From Myxococcota bacterium (GTDB taxonomy: Bacteria; Myxococcota_A; UBA9160; UBA4427): DNA of 64,000 nt. Shown here one piece after another: positions 40,302-49,956 of this stretch (its first letter is position 1; each line of letters opens with the position of its first letter). The notes under the pieces are model-generated. The model saw nothing but the letters and a program-made list of their open reading frames with translations, was not told the origin of the DNA and did not search any database. The stretch lies in assembly GCA_965250285.1 (NCBI GenBank), contig OZ252299.1, forward strand, positions 4,992,001-5,056,000, read 5' to 3'. The position numbers and the translations under genes are program-made.

Positions 40302-40799
40302 TCAGCGCGCAGTCATGCGTGAGATGAGCGCGTTCGCGACGGTCGCAGCCGCCGTCGTCCCCACCGCAATCTCGACCGAGACGGCCACGAAGTTGGCCGC
40401 GCTGCCGGCGTGTACGACGGGCAGCCCGAAGAGCGCGCTCGGCAAGAAGACCGCGGTGATCAGAGCGCCCGTACCGATCGCAATGCCGAAGAAAGCGGCG
40501 CACTGGTGTAAGCGCGGGCGCTCGGCGAGACCTGTGCTTCGCTGCGCCAGCAGATAGAGCGGAAGCGTGAGCAGGACGTGGGGCCAGAGCGCCTTCACGA
40601 GCACGATGCGCGCGTAGAGGATCAGCGCCGTCTGCGTCGTCCGCAGCTCTTCGCTCGGCCGCACGACGATCGCGAGCTGGGTGAGCGCGAGAATCAGGAT
40701 CGCAAAGCCCAGAGTGAGGACCAGCGGGGTGGCCAGGCTGAAGAGCCATGGGCGCCCGACGAGCGCGCCCGCCACCCTCGTCGACGTCGTCCCGCCCAT
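40302..40799 (-). CDS. Small hypothetical membrane protein (about 4 TM); alternative TTG start at 40829 overlaps the upstream stop
   Basis: Hydrophobic ORF directly downstream of, and co-oriented with, the PEP-CTERM gene. Confidence 0.65.
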   Translation of the reverse strand: MGGTTSTRVAGALVGRPWLFSLATPLVLTLGFAILILALTQLAIVVRPSEELRTTQTALILYARIVLVKALWPHVLLTLPLYLLAQRSTGLAERPRLHQCAAFFGIAIGTGALITAVFLPSALFGLPVVHAGSAANFVAVSVEIAVGTTAAATVANALISRMTAR

Positions 40800-40825
40800 C
40801 ACGGCCCCCTCGCCGAGTGTCTCGC

Positions 40826-43612
40826 TCAACCCACCCGGCCTCGCCGGCGCCGCCGCGCGTCGATCGACACCAGAGTGACGAGGCCCGCCGCGAACAGCGC
40901 GCCGATCGTCGGCTCGGGCAGGTATACCAGGTCGAGCTCGCCCTCGATGTAGCCACCCGAAGACAGCGGTGTGACCGCGCCGCTCAGCGGGTCGACGTGC
41001 ACGATCTGGCCGCCGGTGCAGGCACCGTCGGCGCAATTGCCCGATTCGGCGACCCAGATGTCGCCGCTCGCGGGGTCGACGGTCACGCCGGTCGGCATGT
41101 TCCACGTGCCTCCGTTGTCGAGCGCGGTGGCCGAGCCGTCTGCGGCATCGACGCGATAGATGCCGGGGCCGAGATCGAACTCGCGACCCACCGCGAGGAT
41201 GCCGCCGCCCGGTTCGAGGGCGAGGTCGAGCCACTTTGCCCGCGCGAAGACGCCCCAGTCGAGCGGTGTCGCGATTCGGGTGACGGGGTCGATCCGCATC
41301 ACGCCGCCGCCGAGGAACCCGAGGCCGGTGGTCAGCACGGCGCCGCTCGGCTCGATGGCGAGCGTATCGCCATCGGCGACACCGAGGTTCGGCAGGATCT
41401 CGGGCGTCGGGATCGACATCCAGAGCGTCGTCGTGGTGTCACCGTGCGCATGGGTATAGAGCCCGTCGGCTTCGAGAACGAAGGCGACGTCGTCGTCCCC
41501 GACCTCGACCTGCAGAGACTCGTTCGAGTCGAGTGAACTCGTCAGCACGGTTTGTGTGCCGCTCCCGCCGATCGAAACGAGGCCGATGGGATCCGCAATG
41601 AGGATCCCTGCGCCCCGTCGATCGAGACCCTGCGGCGCCTCGAGCTGCGCGCCCTGGCTGATCAGGGTCTGTACGCCCGATCCCGGATCGACGTGGAAGA
41701 GCGTTCGGCTGGTGCGATCGACGACGTAGAGGCCGCCCCCGAGTACGTCGAAGCGGCGCTCGCTGGCGAACTGCGCATTCGGGCAGTCGGTGTCGGCCGG
41801 ATAGTCGATCTGACCGTCGCCGTCGTTGTCGATGCCGTCCGAGCACTGCGGTGCTTCGATCGGATCGTCAGCGCTCGTGCAAGCCGGGTACTGCTGCGGA
41901 TGATCGATCAGGCCGTCGCCGTCGTTGTCGATGCCGTCCGAGCATTGAGGGGCTTCGGCGAGCTGGTCGGCCGACGTGCAGTCGGCGTCAGCGGGGAAGT
42001 CGATCTGCCCGTCGCCGTCGTTGTCGATCCCGTCGCTGCAGCCGGGCAGCTCGCTCGCATCCCAGGGCGCGCGACACTCGGTGTCGGCGGGATGATCGAG
42101 GGCACCATCATCGTCGTCGTCGAGCCCGTTCGAGCAGGCCGGGTCTTCGCGCACCGAGTTCTCGTCGCGGCAGCCGGGATCGTCGAGGTCGAACAGACCG
42201 TCGCCATCGTTGTCGATCCCGTCTGCGCAGTCGGGTTGCTCGGTCGGGTCATCGGGTGAGCGACAGCCGGCGTCGCCCGCGAAGTCGATCTGTCCGTCGC
42301 CGTCGTTGTCGATGCCGTCGGCACAGTCGAGCGACTCGGACAAGTCGACCGGGCTCGTGCAGCCGTCATCGGCCGGATGATCGGTCGCGCCGTCGGGCTC
42401 GTCGTCGACGCCGTTTCGGCAGGCGGGCGCGATCACGAACGCGACCCATCCCTCCTCGTGACCGGCGGGGTTCACACCCGTCCCGACGACGAAGAAACCG
42501 CCGTCGACCTCGTCCGAGACGCCCGTGGCGGCGGTCAGGATCCAGCCCGTCAGATCGAGTCCATATGCGTTCGTGAGCTCGGTCTTCAGATCGCGCATGC
42601 CGAGGCCCGCATCGAAGATGAATGCACGATCTTCGCCGTCCGCATTGGCGGCGCTTCCGAAGACGAGCCCGCCATCGGCGCTGACCGCGAGAGCGCGACT
42701 GCGAACGACCGGTGCACCCGGTAGTGAGCCCAGCTCGGTCAGCGTGGTGTAGCCGGCGCCGGTCCACGTGACCGCCTGAAGATCGATGGCCACGGTCGTG
42801 CCACCCGGCAGCGTCAGCGTGCTCTTGCTCGAGAAGCCCACGAGGGTCGAGCCATCGGCCGAGACGTCCAGCACCGAGGACGTGCGCGGTGCTGCCGCGG
42901 TGAGCGCGGGCAGCGCAGTCAGGCCCGAGCCGGTCCACACCCAGGCATCCTGACCGTGGTTGCGCTGGTGCGCGCCACCGATCACGCCGCCGTTCGACGA
43001 TGACGCGATGGCCTGGCCGATCTCCTGATCGCCGCTCAGGTTCCCCAGGTCGGAGAGGCCGGTGCCGCCGCCCGGCCAGCGCACGGGGTCGACGCGAAGC
43101 GGCGCCGTCCCACCCCCGCGCCCGACGGCGTAGCCCAGAACCACGAGACCGTCGGTCGACACACCGAGTGCGTCGGTGACGGGATCGCAATCGCTGCACG
43201 ACTGCGCGTTCAGCAGAATGCTCGCTCCGCCCTGATGTCGGAAGCCCCGCTTGACGCCCGAGCCGTCGAGGCTCGAACCGACGACGACCGCGCCATCGCT
43301 CGAGACCGCGCGCGCGACGCTCGGAGCGCTGCCTCCGGGCAGGAAGCCGAGGCCCCCGATGCCGGCGCCGCTCGTCCATGTGAATGCTTCGGTGCCGTTC
43401 GCCCCGTCGCTCTCGCCGACCACCGTTGCGCCGTCGGCCGAGATGTCGTGGGCCGCGCTCGACGTGGCTCCGCCCGGCAGATCGCCCACGCCCTCGAACG
43501 TGGGGGTCTGCGGGTTCGCCATGGCCACACCCGCCGCTAGCGCGCTGGCAACTAACCCTGCAACGAACCCCGTGACGAGCCACGCCACGAAGAAAGCGAC
43601 GAAGCGCGCCAT
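40826..43612 (-). CDS. Large secreted PEP-CTERM protein with HAF-type repeats, 7 Cys/Asp-rich (CxDGxDNDGDG) repeats and a propeller-like domain
   Basis: Signal peptide, S(A/S)DGxxVVG repeats, DGIDNDGDG repeats, and C-terminal LPEP-hydrophobic-RRRRR. Confidence 0.88.
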   Translation of the reverse strand: MARFVAFFVAWLVTGFVAGLVASALAAGVAMANPQTPTFEGVGDLPGGATSSAAHDISADGATVVGESDGANGTEAFTWTSGAGIGGLGFLPGGSAPSVARAVSSDGAVVVGSSLDGSGVKRGFRHQGGASILLNAQSCSDCDPVTDALGVSTDGLVVLGYAVGRGGGTAPLRVDPVRWPGGGTGLSDLGNLSGDQEIGQAIASSSNGGVIGGAHQRNHGQDAWVWTGSGLTALPALTAAAPRTSSVLDVSADGSTLVGFSSKSTLTLPGGTTVAIDLQAVTWTGAGYTTLTELGSLPGAPVVRSRALAVSADGGLVFGSAANADGEDRAFIFDAGLGMRDLKTELTNAYGLDLTGWILTAATGVSDEVDGGFFVVGTGVNPAGHEEGWVAFVIAPACRNGVDDEPDGATDHPADDGCTSPVDLSESLDCADGIDNDGDGQIDFAGDAGCRSPDDPTEQPDCADGIDNDGDGLFDLDDPGCRDENSVREDPACSNGLDDDDDGALDHPADTECRAPWDASELPGCSDGIDNDGDGQIDFPADADCTSADQLAEAPQCSDGIDNDGDGLIDHPQQYPACTSADDPIEAPQCSDGIDNDGDGQIDYPADTDCPNAQFASERRFDVLGGGLYVVDRTSRTLFHVDPGSGVQTLISQGAQLEAPQGLDRRGAGILIADPIGLVSIGGSGTQTVLTSSLDSNESLQVEVGDDDVAFVLEADGLYTHAHGDTTTTLWMSIPTPEILPNLGVADGDTLAIEPSGAVLTTGLGFLGGGVMRIDPVTRIATPLDWGVFARAKWLDLALEPGGGILAVGREFDLGPGIYRVDAADGSATALDNGGTWNMPTGVTVDPASGDIWVAESGNCADGACTGGQIVHVDPLSGAVTPLSSGGYIEGELDLVYLPEPTIGALFAAGLVTLVSIDARRRRRGRVG

Positions 43613-43727
43613 GCGCGTCGCGCGGGGGAGGAGGGGGATGCGGTGCATCTGTGCGGAGAGTCCCGAGTCGAGACGCTCCGGGGCCGCGCGTGCGTGGCCC
43701 CGGAGCGCGTCGAACCGCGCCACGTCG

Positions 43728-44414
43728 CTAGGGCGCGACGATCTCCAGGCAGGCGTCGAGCAGCGGCGACGTCGGGAACGCGTCGACCGAGCTGAGCGAC
43801 AGCTCGCCGCCGATGTGAAGCGGCAGCGAAATCGGGCCGATCTCGGCGTTGAAGGTCTCGTCGAGCTCCTGGGTCACGCTGAGACCGCCGCCCCCGGTGA
43901 GCAGGCCGAGCATGTCACCAAGCGAGAGCGGCACCGTCGACTGCAGGTTGAACGGGAAGGCGAAGCCATCGGGGATCGCCGCTGCCAGCGCCTCGTTGCC
44001 GATCAGGCCCCGGGTGTTGATCGAGACGTCGAACGTCGCCGAGCCGCCCCAGATGTCGGCCGCGAAGCTGCCGCCGCCGGGATCGGCCGGGTCGGGTACG
44101 ACGCAGAGCTCCTCGGTGTCGAGGCCGAGCAGGTTGAAGCCGCTCGACGCGAAGAGGATCTCACCGACCGACACGTCGCCGTCGATGTTGCCGAGGATCA
44201 GGTCGAAGAACCCGATCCCGATGTCGATGTTCATCACCGTGCCGCCCTCGAGTGGCGCCACGGCGACGGTTCCGCTGCCCGCCGGTACCTCGATCTCCAT
44301 GGCGCTGCCCTCGTCGAGCGCGAGCGTCTGATCGATCGAGAGATTGCAACCGAACGAGCCGGCCGCGACCGCCATCACGAGTGCGGTCAGCCCCAGTCTG
44401 AATTGCGTCTGCAT
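43728..44414 (-). CDS. Hypothetical lipoprotein
   Basis: MQTQFRLGLTALVMAVAAGSFGC lipobox-like signal, AAGAGG RBS, and a beta-rich acidic body. Confidence 0.75.
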   Translation of the reverse strand: MQTQFRLGLTALVMAVAAGSFGCNLSIDQTLALDEGSAMEIEVPAGSGTVAVAPLEGGTVMNIDIGIGFFDLILGNIDGDVSVGEILFASSGFNLLGLDTEELCVVPDPADPGGGSFAADIWGGSATFDVSINTRGLIGNEALAAAIPDGFAFPFNLQSTVPLSLGDMLGLLTGGGGLSVTQELDETFNAEIGPISLPLHIGGELSLSSVDAFPTSPLLDACLEIVAP

Positions 44415-44926
44415 GTGATTGCCTCTTTCCCCTGTCTCGTGTCTCGTGTCTCGGTCTCGAGACGCGTGTCTCGACGACTGGACGCCTCGGCGTTCTTCGA
44501 GATCGAGTTCGTGGTTTGCCCGTCGAGCCCCGACCGCGATCAGCGCTCGGGTCGATCGAGCATGCTTTCCCTGGTTGAAGGGCGACCGGACGAGAGAGAT
44601 CCCGAAGTCGGCCGCCGTCGTTCGACCCGCACGACGCGTGACATGCGCTTCCACTTCGTTACATGGCTGCAGCGAGGCGAAACGAGTCGCGCTGGTTCAC
44701 CGCACCCCTCCGTGCGGAGCCCCTACCTATCACGAATGCAAACGTCGATGCATGTGAATCGAAGGCGCGACACAGAAAAACGATCACACCCCCGTGTTGG
44801 TTCACCACAGCGTGGACGTTTTCCATGAGTGGACGAGCATGCACCGAAGCGCAGCGCTCTTGCACGCGAGCTGCCGTTTCTAGTGATGGATGAAGCGTGT
44901 CATCGCCTGGTTGAGTCGGGAAGAAA

Positions 44927-45910
44927 TCAAGTGTCTTCGGGCGATGCGGCGTCTCCGGGAAGCGAGATCGGCAGCGACTCGATCGCTTCACGGTCCTCGG
45001 GCGTCAAGCCGGAGAAGCGTTCACGCAGCTGGTCGACGAGCTCGTTCGAAGGGACGCTGATCTCTTCGGATCCGGCCTGACCCTCGACGTCGGCCACGAT
45101 CGTGTCGGCCGTGACGAGCTCTTTCAGAATGCGACCCGCGGCATCGGGCTCGCCGATGGCAATGCCATTGATCCCGACGATGCGGTCTCCGTTCTGCAGA
45201 CCGATCGCCTCGTAGAAGCTGCCGCGTTCGATGTCTTCGATCTCGATGGCGACGAGCGCATCGCCTTCCCACTGCGCGCTCACGCGCCCTTCGGCGAAGA
45301 GCCCGTCGCCCTCGATGCGATGACCCGAGCCGGGCCCGGCCTGCATGCGCGCGCGCAGCCGATCGACGAGGTCGGCGCGGCGCGCGCGCTCTTCGGGCGA
45401 CAACCGGCGCGCGGGCGCTGCGCGAACGGCCTCGAGGAACGCCTCGGCGAGCGGATCGAGATGGCTCGACGTGGTGAAGCGCACGCGCTGGCCCGCGTGT
45501 ACGACGTCGGCGAACTCCTGACCGATCTCGACCACGTGCACGTCGGCCAAGAACGAAACCGGCTCGCCGACGCTCACGAGCTCGCTGTCGGTGCCGTCGC
45601 GCCGCGCGACGGCGGCGAACGACCGGGCCCGGTCGCGTCGCACCACGGTGGCGACCAGCCGAAGATCGAGCTCGATGGGCGAGGTGGGCGCAACCGTCTC
45701 TCGCGTCGCCGGGCGAGACGGCACGGTGGGGGCGGTCGCTTGCGACGTCGGTGTGCGAACGGCGGCCGAGATCGGCGCCTCGGCTCGGGTCGGTGCGGCT
45801 GGGGTGCGGTCTCGCCAGAGCCAGACAGCCCCGCCCGCCAGGGCCATGCCGATCAGAATGGCCGAAACGACGGCCCGCCCGGACTCGGTTCGACGCTGGG
45901 TGCGCTTCAT
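44927..45910 (-). CDS. GspC-like type II secretion component with a PDZ domain (orphan)
   Basis: N-terminal TM, Pro/Ala linker, HR-like domain (LRLVATVV...SFAAV...VSVGE), and PDZ (GSFYEAIGLQNGDRIVGING). Confidence 0.7.
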   Translation of the reverse strand: MKRTQRRTESGRAVVSAILIGMALAGGAVWLWRDRTPAAPTRAEAPISAAVRTPTSQATAPTVPSRPATRETVAPTSPIELDLRLVATVVRRDRARSFAAVARRDGTDSELVSVGEPVSFLADVHVVEIGQEFADVVHAGQRVRFTTSSHLDPLAEAFLEAVRAAPARRLSPEERARRADLVDRLRARMQAGPGSGHRIEGDGLFAEGRVSAQWEGDALVAIEIEDIERGSFYEAIGLQNGDRIVGINGIAIGEPDAAGRILKELVTADTIVADVEGQAGSEEISVPSNELVDQLRERFSGLTPEDREAIESLPISLPGDAASPEDT

Positions 45911-46304
45911 CGTGCCTCCGAGGAGGCCGGATCATGACACGTCCGGCCGCCGATCCCAGCCTCGTTCGCTCCCTGCGTCGGATTCGCCGATCCGCTGCGG
46001 CCGGCCCGAAGAGGATCCCCGCGTGGAAACCCGCGCCGGGCTGCGCAGGGGATGCGCACGTTCTGCGACGGCGCTGCGCATCGGCAGGGGTGCTTGCACC
46101 GGCAACTTCTCGCGAAGTGCCGCTCGGATCAAACGTCACCGGATCGGCGTCACTTCGTTCAAGCGGTCTCCACGCACCTCCGATGAGATGAGCGCCCGGT
46201 CGGGTCCCCGGTGTCGTCGAAGCAAGCGACGAGACCGATTCGGCATCGGGCCTCGAAGATCGAGTGGCCCGCCTCGTGCGGACCAGACGGAGGAAGCCGC
46301 GAAG

Positions 46305-47180
46305 GTGTTGCGACTCATTGCCTGCCAGACCTGTCACACGCAGTACGACGTGACGCACATCGCCGCGTCGACGGTGACGTGTCGGTGTGGCGAGGAGATC
46401 GAGAACCGCAGCTTCGACGGCGTCGAGGCGATGGTGCATCGCTGCGGCAGCTGTGGTGCCCAGGTCGCCGCCGATGCCGACGCCTGTAGCTACTGCGGCA
46501 GCGAGATCTGCCGCGACGCCGCGAAGCTCTCGCTGATCTGCCCAGAGTGCTTCGCGCGCAACGAGGAGCACTCGCGTTTCTGCACGGCATGTGGCGTCTC
46601 GTTCTCGCCCGAGCAGGTCGTTCTCGATCTGCCCGAGCTGCCCTGCCCCGTGTGCACGACGCTGATGCCCGTGCGGGGGATCGCCGGCATCGGCATCAAC
46701 GAGTGCCCGAGCTGCAACGGCATCTGGGTGCCCGAAGATCGCTTTGACGAGCTGGTGACGAAGGCCTGCGAGGCCGCACGCCAGAAGGACGTCGCGCGTC
46801 TGGGCGTCGACGCCCGGCGGGCGGGCGGCAATCCACGCGACACGGCGGTGCAGTACCGCAAGTGTCCGGCCTGCGACGGCTTCATGCAGCGCGCGAACTT
46901 TCAGAAGCGGTCGGGTGTGATCATCGATCGCTGCCACAACCACGGCACGTGGCTCGATGCAGATGAGCTCGAGGCCATCGCCGGGTTCATTCTCGAAGGC
47001 GGGATGAGCTCGGATCAGTATCTGGCACAGCAGCGCGAGAAGGCGCGGCTGCGCGACCGCAGCCAGGCGGCGCTCGAGCGGGCGCAGAAGGGGGAGTCGA
47101 TCGCGATCGACGTCCCCGATCGGCGCGGCAGCTTCGTCGGCGAGCTCTTCGTGGACGTCTTGAAAGAGCTGCTCACCTGA
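46305..47180 (+). CDS. Multi-zinc-ribbon protein (double zinc ribbon + zf-TFIIB-like domains)
   Basis: About ten Cys knuckles (CQTC, CRC, CGSC, CSYC, CPEC, CTAC, CPVC, CPSC, CPAC, CHNH) with GIW and GTWLDxxEL motifs. GTG/TTG start after GGAGG. Confidence 0.82.
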   Translation: MLRLIACQTCHTQYDVTHIAASTVTCRCGEEIENRSFDGVEAMVHRCGSCGAQVAADADACSYCGSEICRDAAKLSLICPECFARNEEHSRFCTACGVSFSPEQVVLDLPELPCPVCTTLMPVRGIAGIGINECPSCNGIWVPEDRFDELVTKACEAARQKDVARLGVDARRAGGNPRDTAVQYRKCPACDGFMQRANFQKRSGVIIDRCHNHGTWLDADELEAIAGFILEGGMSSDQYLAQQREKARLRDRSQAALERAQKGESIAIDVPDRRGSFVGELFVDVLKELLT

Positions 47181-47257
47181 GCGCGCGGGATTGACATCGA
47201 CTCCAGCAGAGACGGCGAGCGCCGCGGGCCGAATCTGCGACACGCGAAAGGAATGAC

Positions 47258-48382
47258 ATGAGCAACATGATGGACAAGCTCCGAGCCGAACTGATCGACA
47301 TCGTCGAGTGGATCGACGACAGCCGCCACACGCTGGTCTGGCGCTTCCCGCGCTACCACAACCAGATCAAGCATGGCGCTCAGCTGATCGTGCGCCCGGG
47401 GCAGTCCGCCGTGCTCGTGAGTCAGGGACGGATCGCCGACGTGTTCGGCCCGGGTCAGTATCGCCTCGAGACCAAGAACCTGCCGATCCTGTCGACCCTG
47501 ATGGGCTGGAAGTACGGCTTCGACAGCCCCTTCAAGGCCGAGGTCTACTTCGTCAGCACGAAGCAGCTGACCGACATGAAGTGGGGCACGCCGAACCCGG
47601 TCATCATGCGCGATCCCGACTTCGGGCCGGTGCGCCTGCGCGCGTTCGGCTCGTACACGATCCGCGCTCTGGACCCGCGGCTGCTCCTCAAGGAGCTCGT
47701 GGGGACCGACCAGGAGTTCGAGGCCGACGAGGTGAGCGAATTGCTTCGCTCGATCATCAACATGGCGTTCGCCGACGTGGTCGCGAGCGCGAACCTCTCG
47801 GTCGTCGATCTGGCGTCGAACTACGCCGATCTCTCCGAGCAGGTCCGCCAGGCCGTGGTCGAGCGCATCGACGACGAGTTCGGCCTCGAGATTCCGCAGC
47901 TCTACATCGTGAACGTGTCGCTGCCGCCCGAGGTCGAGAAGGCGCTCGACGCGCGCAGCGGCATGGGCATGGTCGGTGACCTGCAGCGCTTCCAGGCCTA
48001 CCAGATCGGCCAGGCGATCCCCGACGCGGCGGCGAACCCCGCCGGCGGCATCGCCGGTGCCGGCCTCGGCGTGGGCATGGGCATGGCCATGGCCGGGCCG
48101 ATGATGGGCCAGATGGGCCAGGCCGGGGGCGCCGGTGCTCCGCCGAGCGGCAGTCCGCCCCCGATGCCGGCCCCGGCCAGCTGGTGGTTCGCCGAGAATG
48201 GTCAGCAGGTGGGCCCGGCAACGTTCGATCAGCTCGCTCAGGCCGTCGCCGCGGGGCGCCTCACGCCGGCCACGCTCGTCTGGAGCCAGGGCATGCCGGC
48301 CTGGCAGGCCGCGCAGCAGACGCCGCAGCTCGCGTCGCTCTTCGCTGCCGCCGGCCCGCCGCCCGTCCCGCCGGTCGAGTAG
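47258..48382 (+). CDS. SPFH/Band-7 (YdjI-like) protein with a C-terminal GYF_2-like domain
   Basis: IDIVEW, LVWRFP, GAQLIVRPGQ.A, KWGT.NP, VRLRAFG, G/M-rich linker, and WWFAENGQQVGP...LVWSQGMPAW. Confidence 0.88.
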   Translation: MSNMMDKLRAELIDIVEWIDDSRHTLVWRFPRYHNQIKHGAQLIVRPGQSAVLVSQGRIADVFGPGQYRLETKNLPILSTLMGWKYGFDSPFKAEVYFVSTKQLTDMKWGTPNPVIMRDPDFGPVRLRAFGSYTIRALDPRLLLKELVGTDQEFEADEVSELLRSIINMAFADVVASANLSVVDLASNYADLSEQVRQAVVERIDDEFGLEIPQLYIVNVSLPPEVEKALDARSGMGMVGDLQRFQAYQIGQAIPDAAANPAGGIAGAGLGVGMGMAMAGPMMGQMGQAGGAGAPPSGSPPPMPAPASWWFAENGQQVGPATFDQLAQAVAAGRLTPATLVWSQGMPAWQAAQQTPQLASLFAAAGPPPVPPVE

Positions 48383-48405
48383 GCGCAGCGATTCGCGAAC
48401 CAACG

Positions 48406-48440
48406 AACGGCGCGTCGGGCCAGGCCCGGCGCGCCGTTTC
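48406..48440. terminator. GC-rich hairpin between convergent genes (probable bidirectional terminator)
   Basis: Inverted repeat AACGGCGCGTCGGGCC / GGCCCGGCGCGCCGTT. Confidence 0.6.
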
Positions 48441-48494
48441 GTCGTCTGGATCCAAGGCGCGCGCGCAGGGCGTCGCGCCGGCTCGGTGGTCGGT

Positions 48495-49844
48495 TCAGCA
48501 GGGTGCCCCGGCCTGCGCCATCCAAGCGGCGTAGCCTTCGGTACAGCCCACCGCCTGCTGGCGCGCCTGCACCCGCCCGAGGGTCTTCTCGATTTCGGCC
48601 GGATCGACCGGGTCGATCGCTTCGAGGTGGGACGCGATGCCTTCGGCCACATCGCTGGCCGCGTCGCTCGGTCGCTCGAGGCTGCGCTCGACGGCGTCGT
48701 CGCCCTCTTCGAGCCCGAGATACTGCTCGACGGCCTCTTCCGAGACGAACTTGGCGTGTTTGCGCGATGCGACGATGTTGCCCTTGCCCGTCACCACGTT
48801 GCCTGCGGCGAAGAGTGTCGGGAAGCCCTCGATGCGTCCGAAATCCCAGTCGGCATAGTCGATGAGCTCGCCCTTCATGGGCAAGCCTTCGATCGGCTCA
48901 GGGATGCTGCCGATCGAGCTCAGCACCTGCGGGCCGCGGGCTTCATAGGTCTCGTCGGTGGGCACGACGCGGCCGTTCTCGATCTTCGTGCGGCGCAGCA
49001 CGAGCCCGGCGACGCGATCGTCTTCGATGATCAGCGCTTCGGGGGCCGAGCACGGCTCGACCTTGAACATGTACTTGCCCATCGCCTTGTCGAGCATGCG
49101 CTTTCGGCCGGCGTAGACCTTCTCCATCCTCGCTTCGTCGGCGCCGTCGGGTGCGCTCATCACGGGCATGTCTTCGATGCGGCGGCGATAGAAGATCGTC
49201 GCGCCCTCGAGGCCGAGGTCTTCCCAACTGAGGCCGTGCGACTCGAGGATCTTCGGGATGCCCTTCGTCTCGAGCTGCTCGATGTCGCACTCGATGCCGC
49301 GCTCCTTCAGCTTCTCTAGCGTGCCAGTCATGGTGTGGATCTTGGCGACGTCGACCGAGGCAAGCCCGCCGCCCACCACCAGGCTGCCGTCGATGATCGG
49401 GAAGCTCGGCCCATCGTACGACGCGTCTTCGGCGTGATTGAACGCGATCACGAACGGGTTCTGATACAGCAGGCCCTTGCCGACCCACTGGTCGGCTCCC
49501 TCGATCGGCAGCGGCCGGTCGCGCCAGGCCCCGTGCGCCATGACGACGGCGCTGAAGCCCCAGTCGTCGATCAGCTCGCGGAAGCCGATGTCCTCGCCGA
49601 TGGTCGTGTCGGGCACGTAGTAGACGCCGTCGGTCGACAGCTTCGTGTCGATGTTGCCGTATTCCTTGTGGCGCAGACCGACGTGCCAGCGCGGCAGACC
49701 GTCTTCGATCTTTCCGTACGGGCGGGCGTTCTGCTCGAACACGGCGACCGCAATGCCTCGCTCGGCGAGGCGACTCGAGATTTCGGCTCCGGCGGTGGCA
49801 CCGCCGATGACCGCGACGACGTGGCTCGGATTGCTGCGTGTCAT
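48495..49844 (-). CDS. FAD-dependent oxidoreductase, ferredoxin/adrenodoxin-NADP+ reductase-like
   Basis: VAVIGGATAG, PYGKIEDGLP.WH, second Rossmann VVGGGLASVD, YRR, and AGNVVTGKGNI. Confidence 0.8.
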   Translation of the reverse strand: MTRSNPSHVVAVIGGATAGAEISSRLAERGIAVAVFEQNARPYGKIEDGLPRWHVGLRHKEYGNIDTKLSTDGVYYVPDTTIGEDIGFRELIDDWGFSAVVMAHGAWRDRPLPIEGADQWVGKGLLYQNPFVIAFNHAEDASYDGPSFPIIDGSLVVGGGLASVDVAKIHTMTGTLEKLKERGIECDIEQLETKGIPKILESHGLSWEDLGLEGATIFYRRRIEDMPVMSAPDGADEARMEKVYAGRKRMLDKAMGKYMFKVEPCSAPEALIIEDDRVAGLVLRRTKIENGRVVPTDETYEARGPQVLSSIGSIPEPIEGLPMKGELIDYADWDFGRIEGFPTLFAAGNVVTGKGNIVASRKHAKFVSEEAVEQYLGLEEGDDAVERSLERPSDAASDVAEGIASHLEAIDPVDPAEIEKTLGRVQARQQAVGCTEGYAAWMAQAGAPC

Positions 49845-49937
49845 GGCCCGATGTTCGCAGGAAGCCCGCCGGGCGACAATAGAAGCCGGCCAGGCGACAA
49901 CGGGCGGGAGTCGCCCCGACGGTGGCGACGCGCGCCC

Positions 49938-49946
49938 TGCTAGCAT
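49938..49946 (+). promoter_or_regulatory. Extended -10 element of the tRNA promoter
   Basis: TGcTAGCAT, 10 nt upstream of the tRNA 5' end. Confidence 0.45.
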
Positions 49947-49956
49947 GGGGTCGAAC

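Noticed and set aside
47191..47225. TTGACA upstream of the SPFH gene as a promoter
   Set aside because: There is no recognisable -10 hexamer at 16-18 bp spacing.
48440..48500. Cys-TGA at the end of the FAD oxidoreductase as a Cys-Sec motif (selA is in the window)
   Set aside because: The read-through is low-complexity and runs into the terminator and the convergent gene. There is no convincing bacterial SECIS hairpin.
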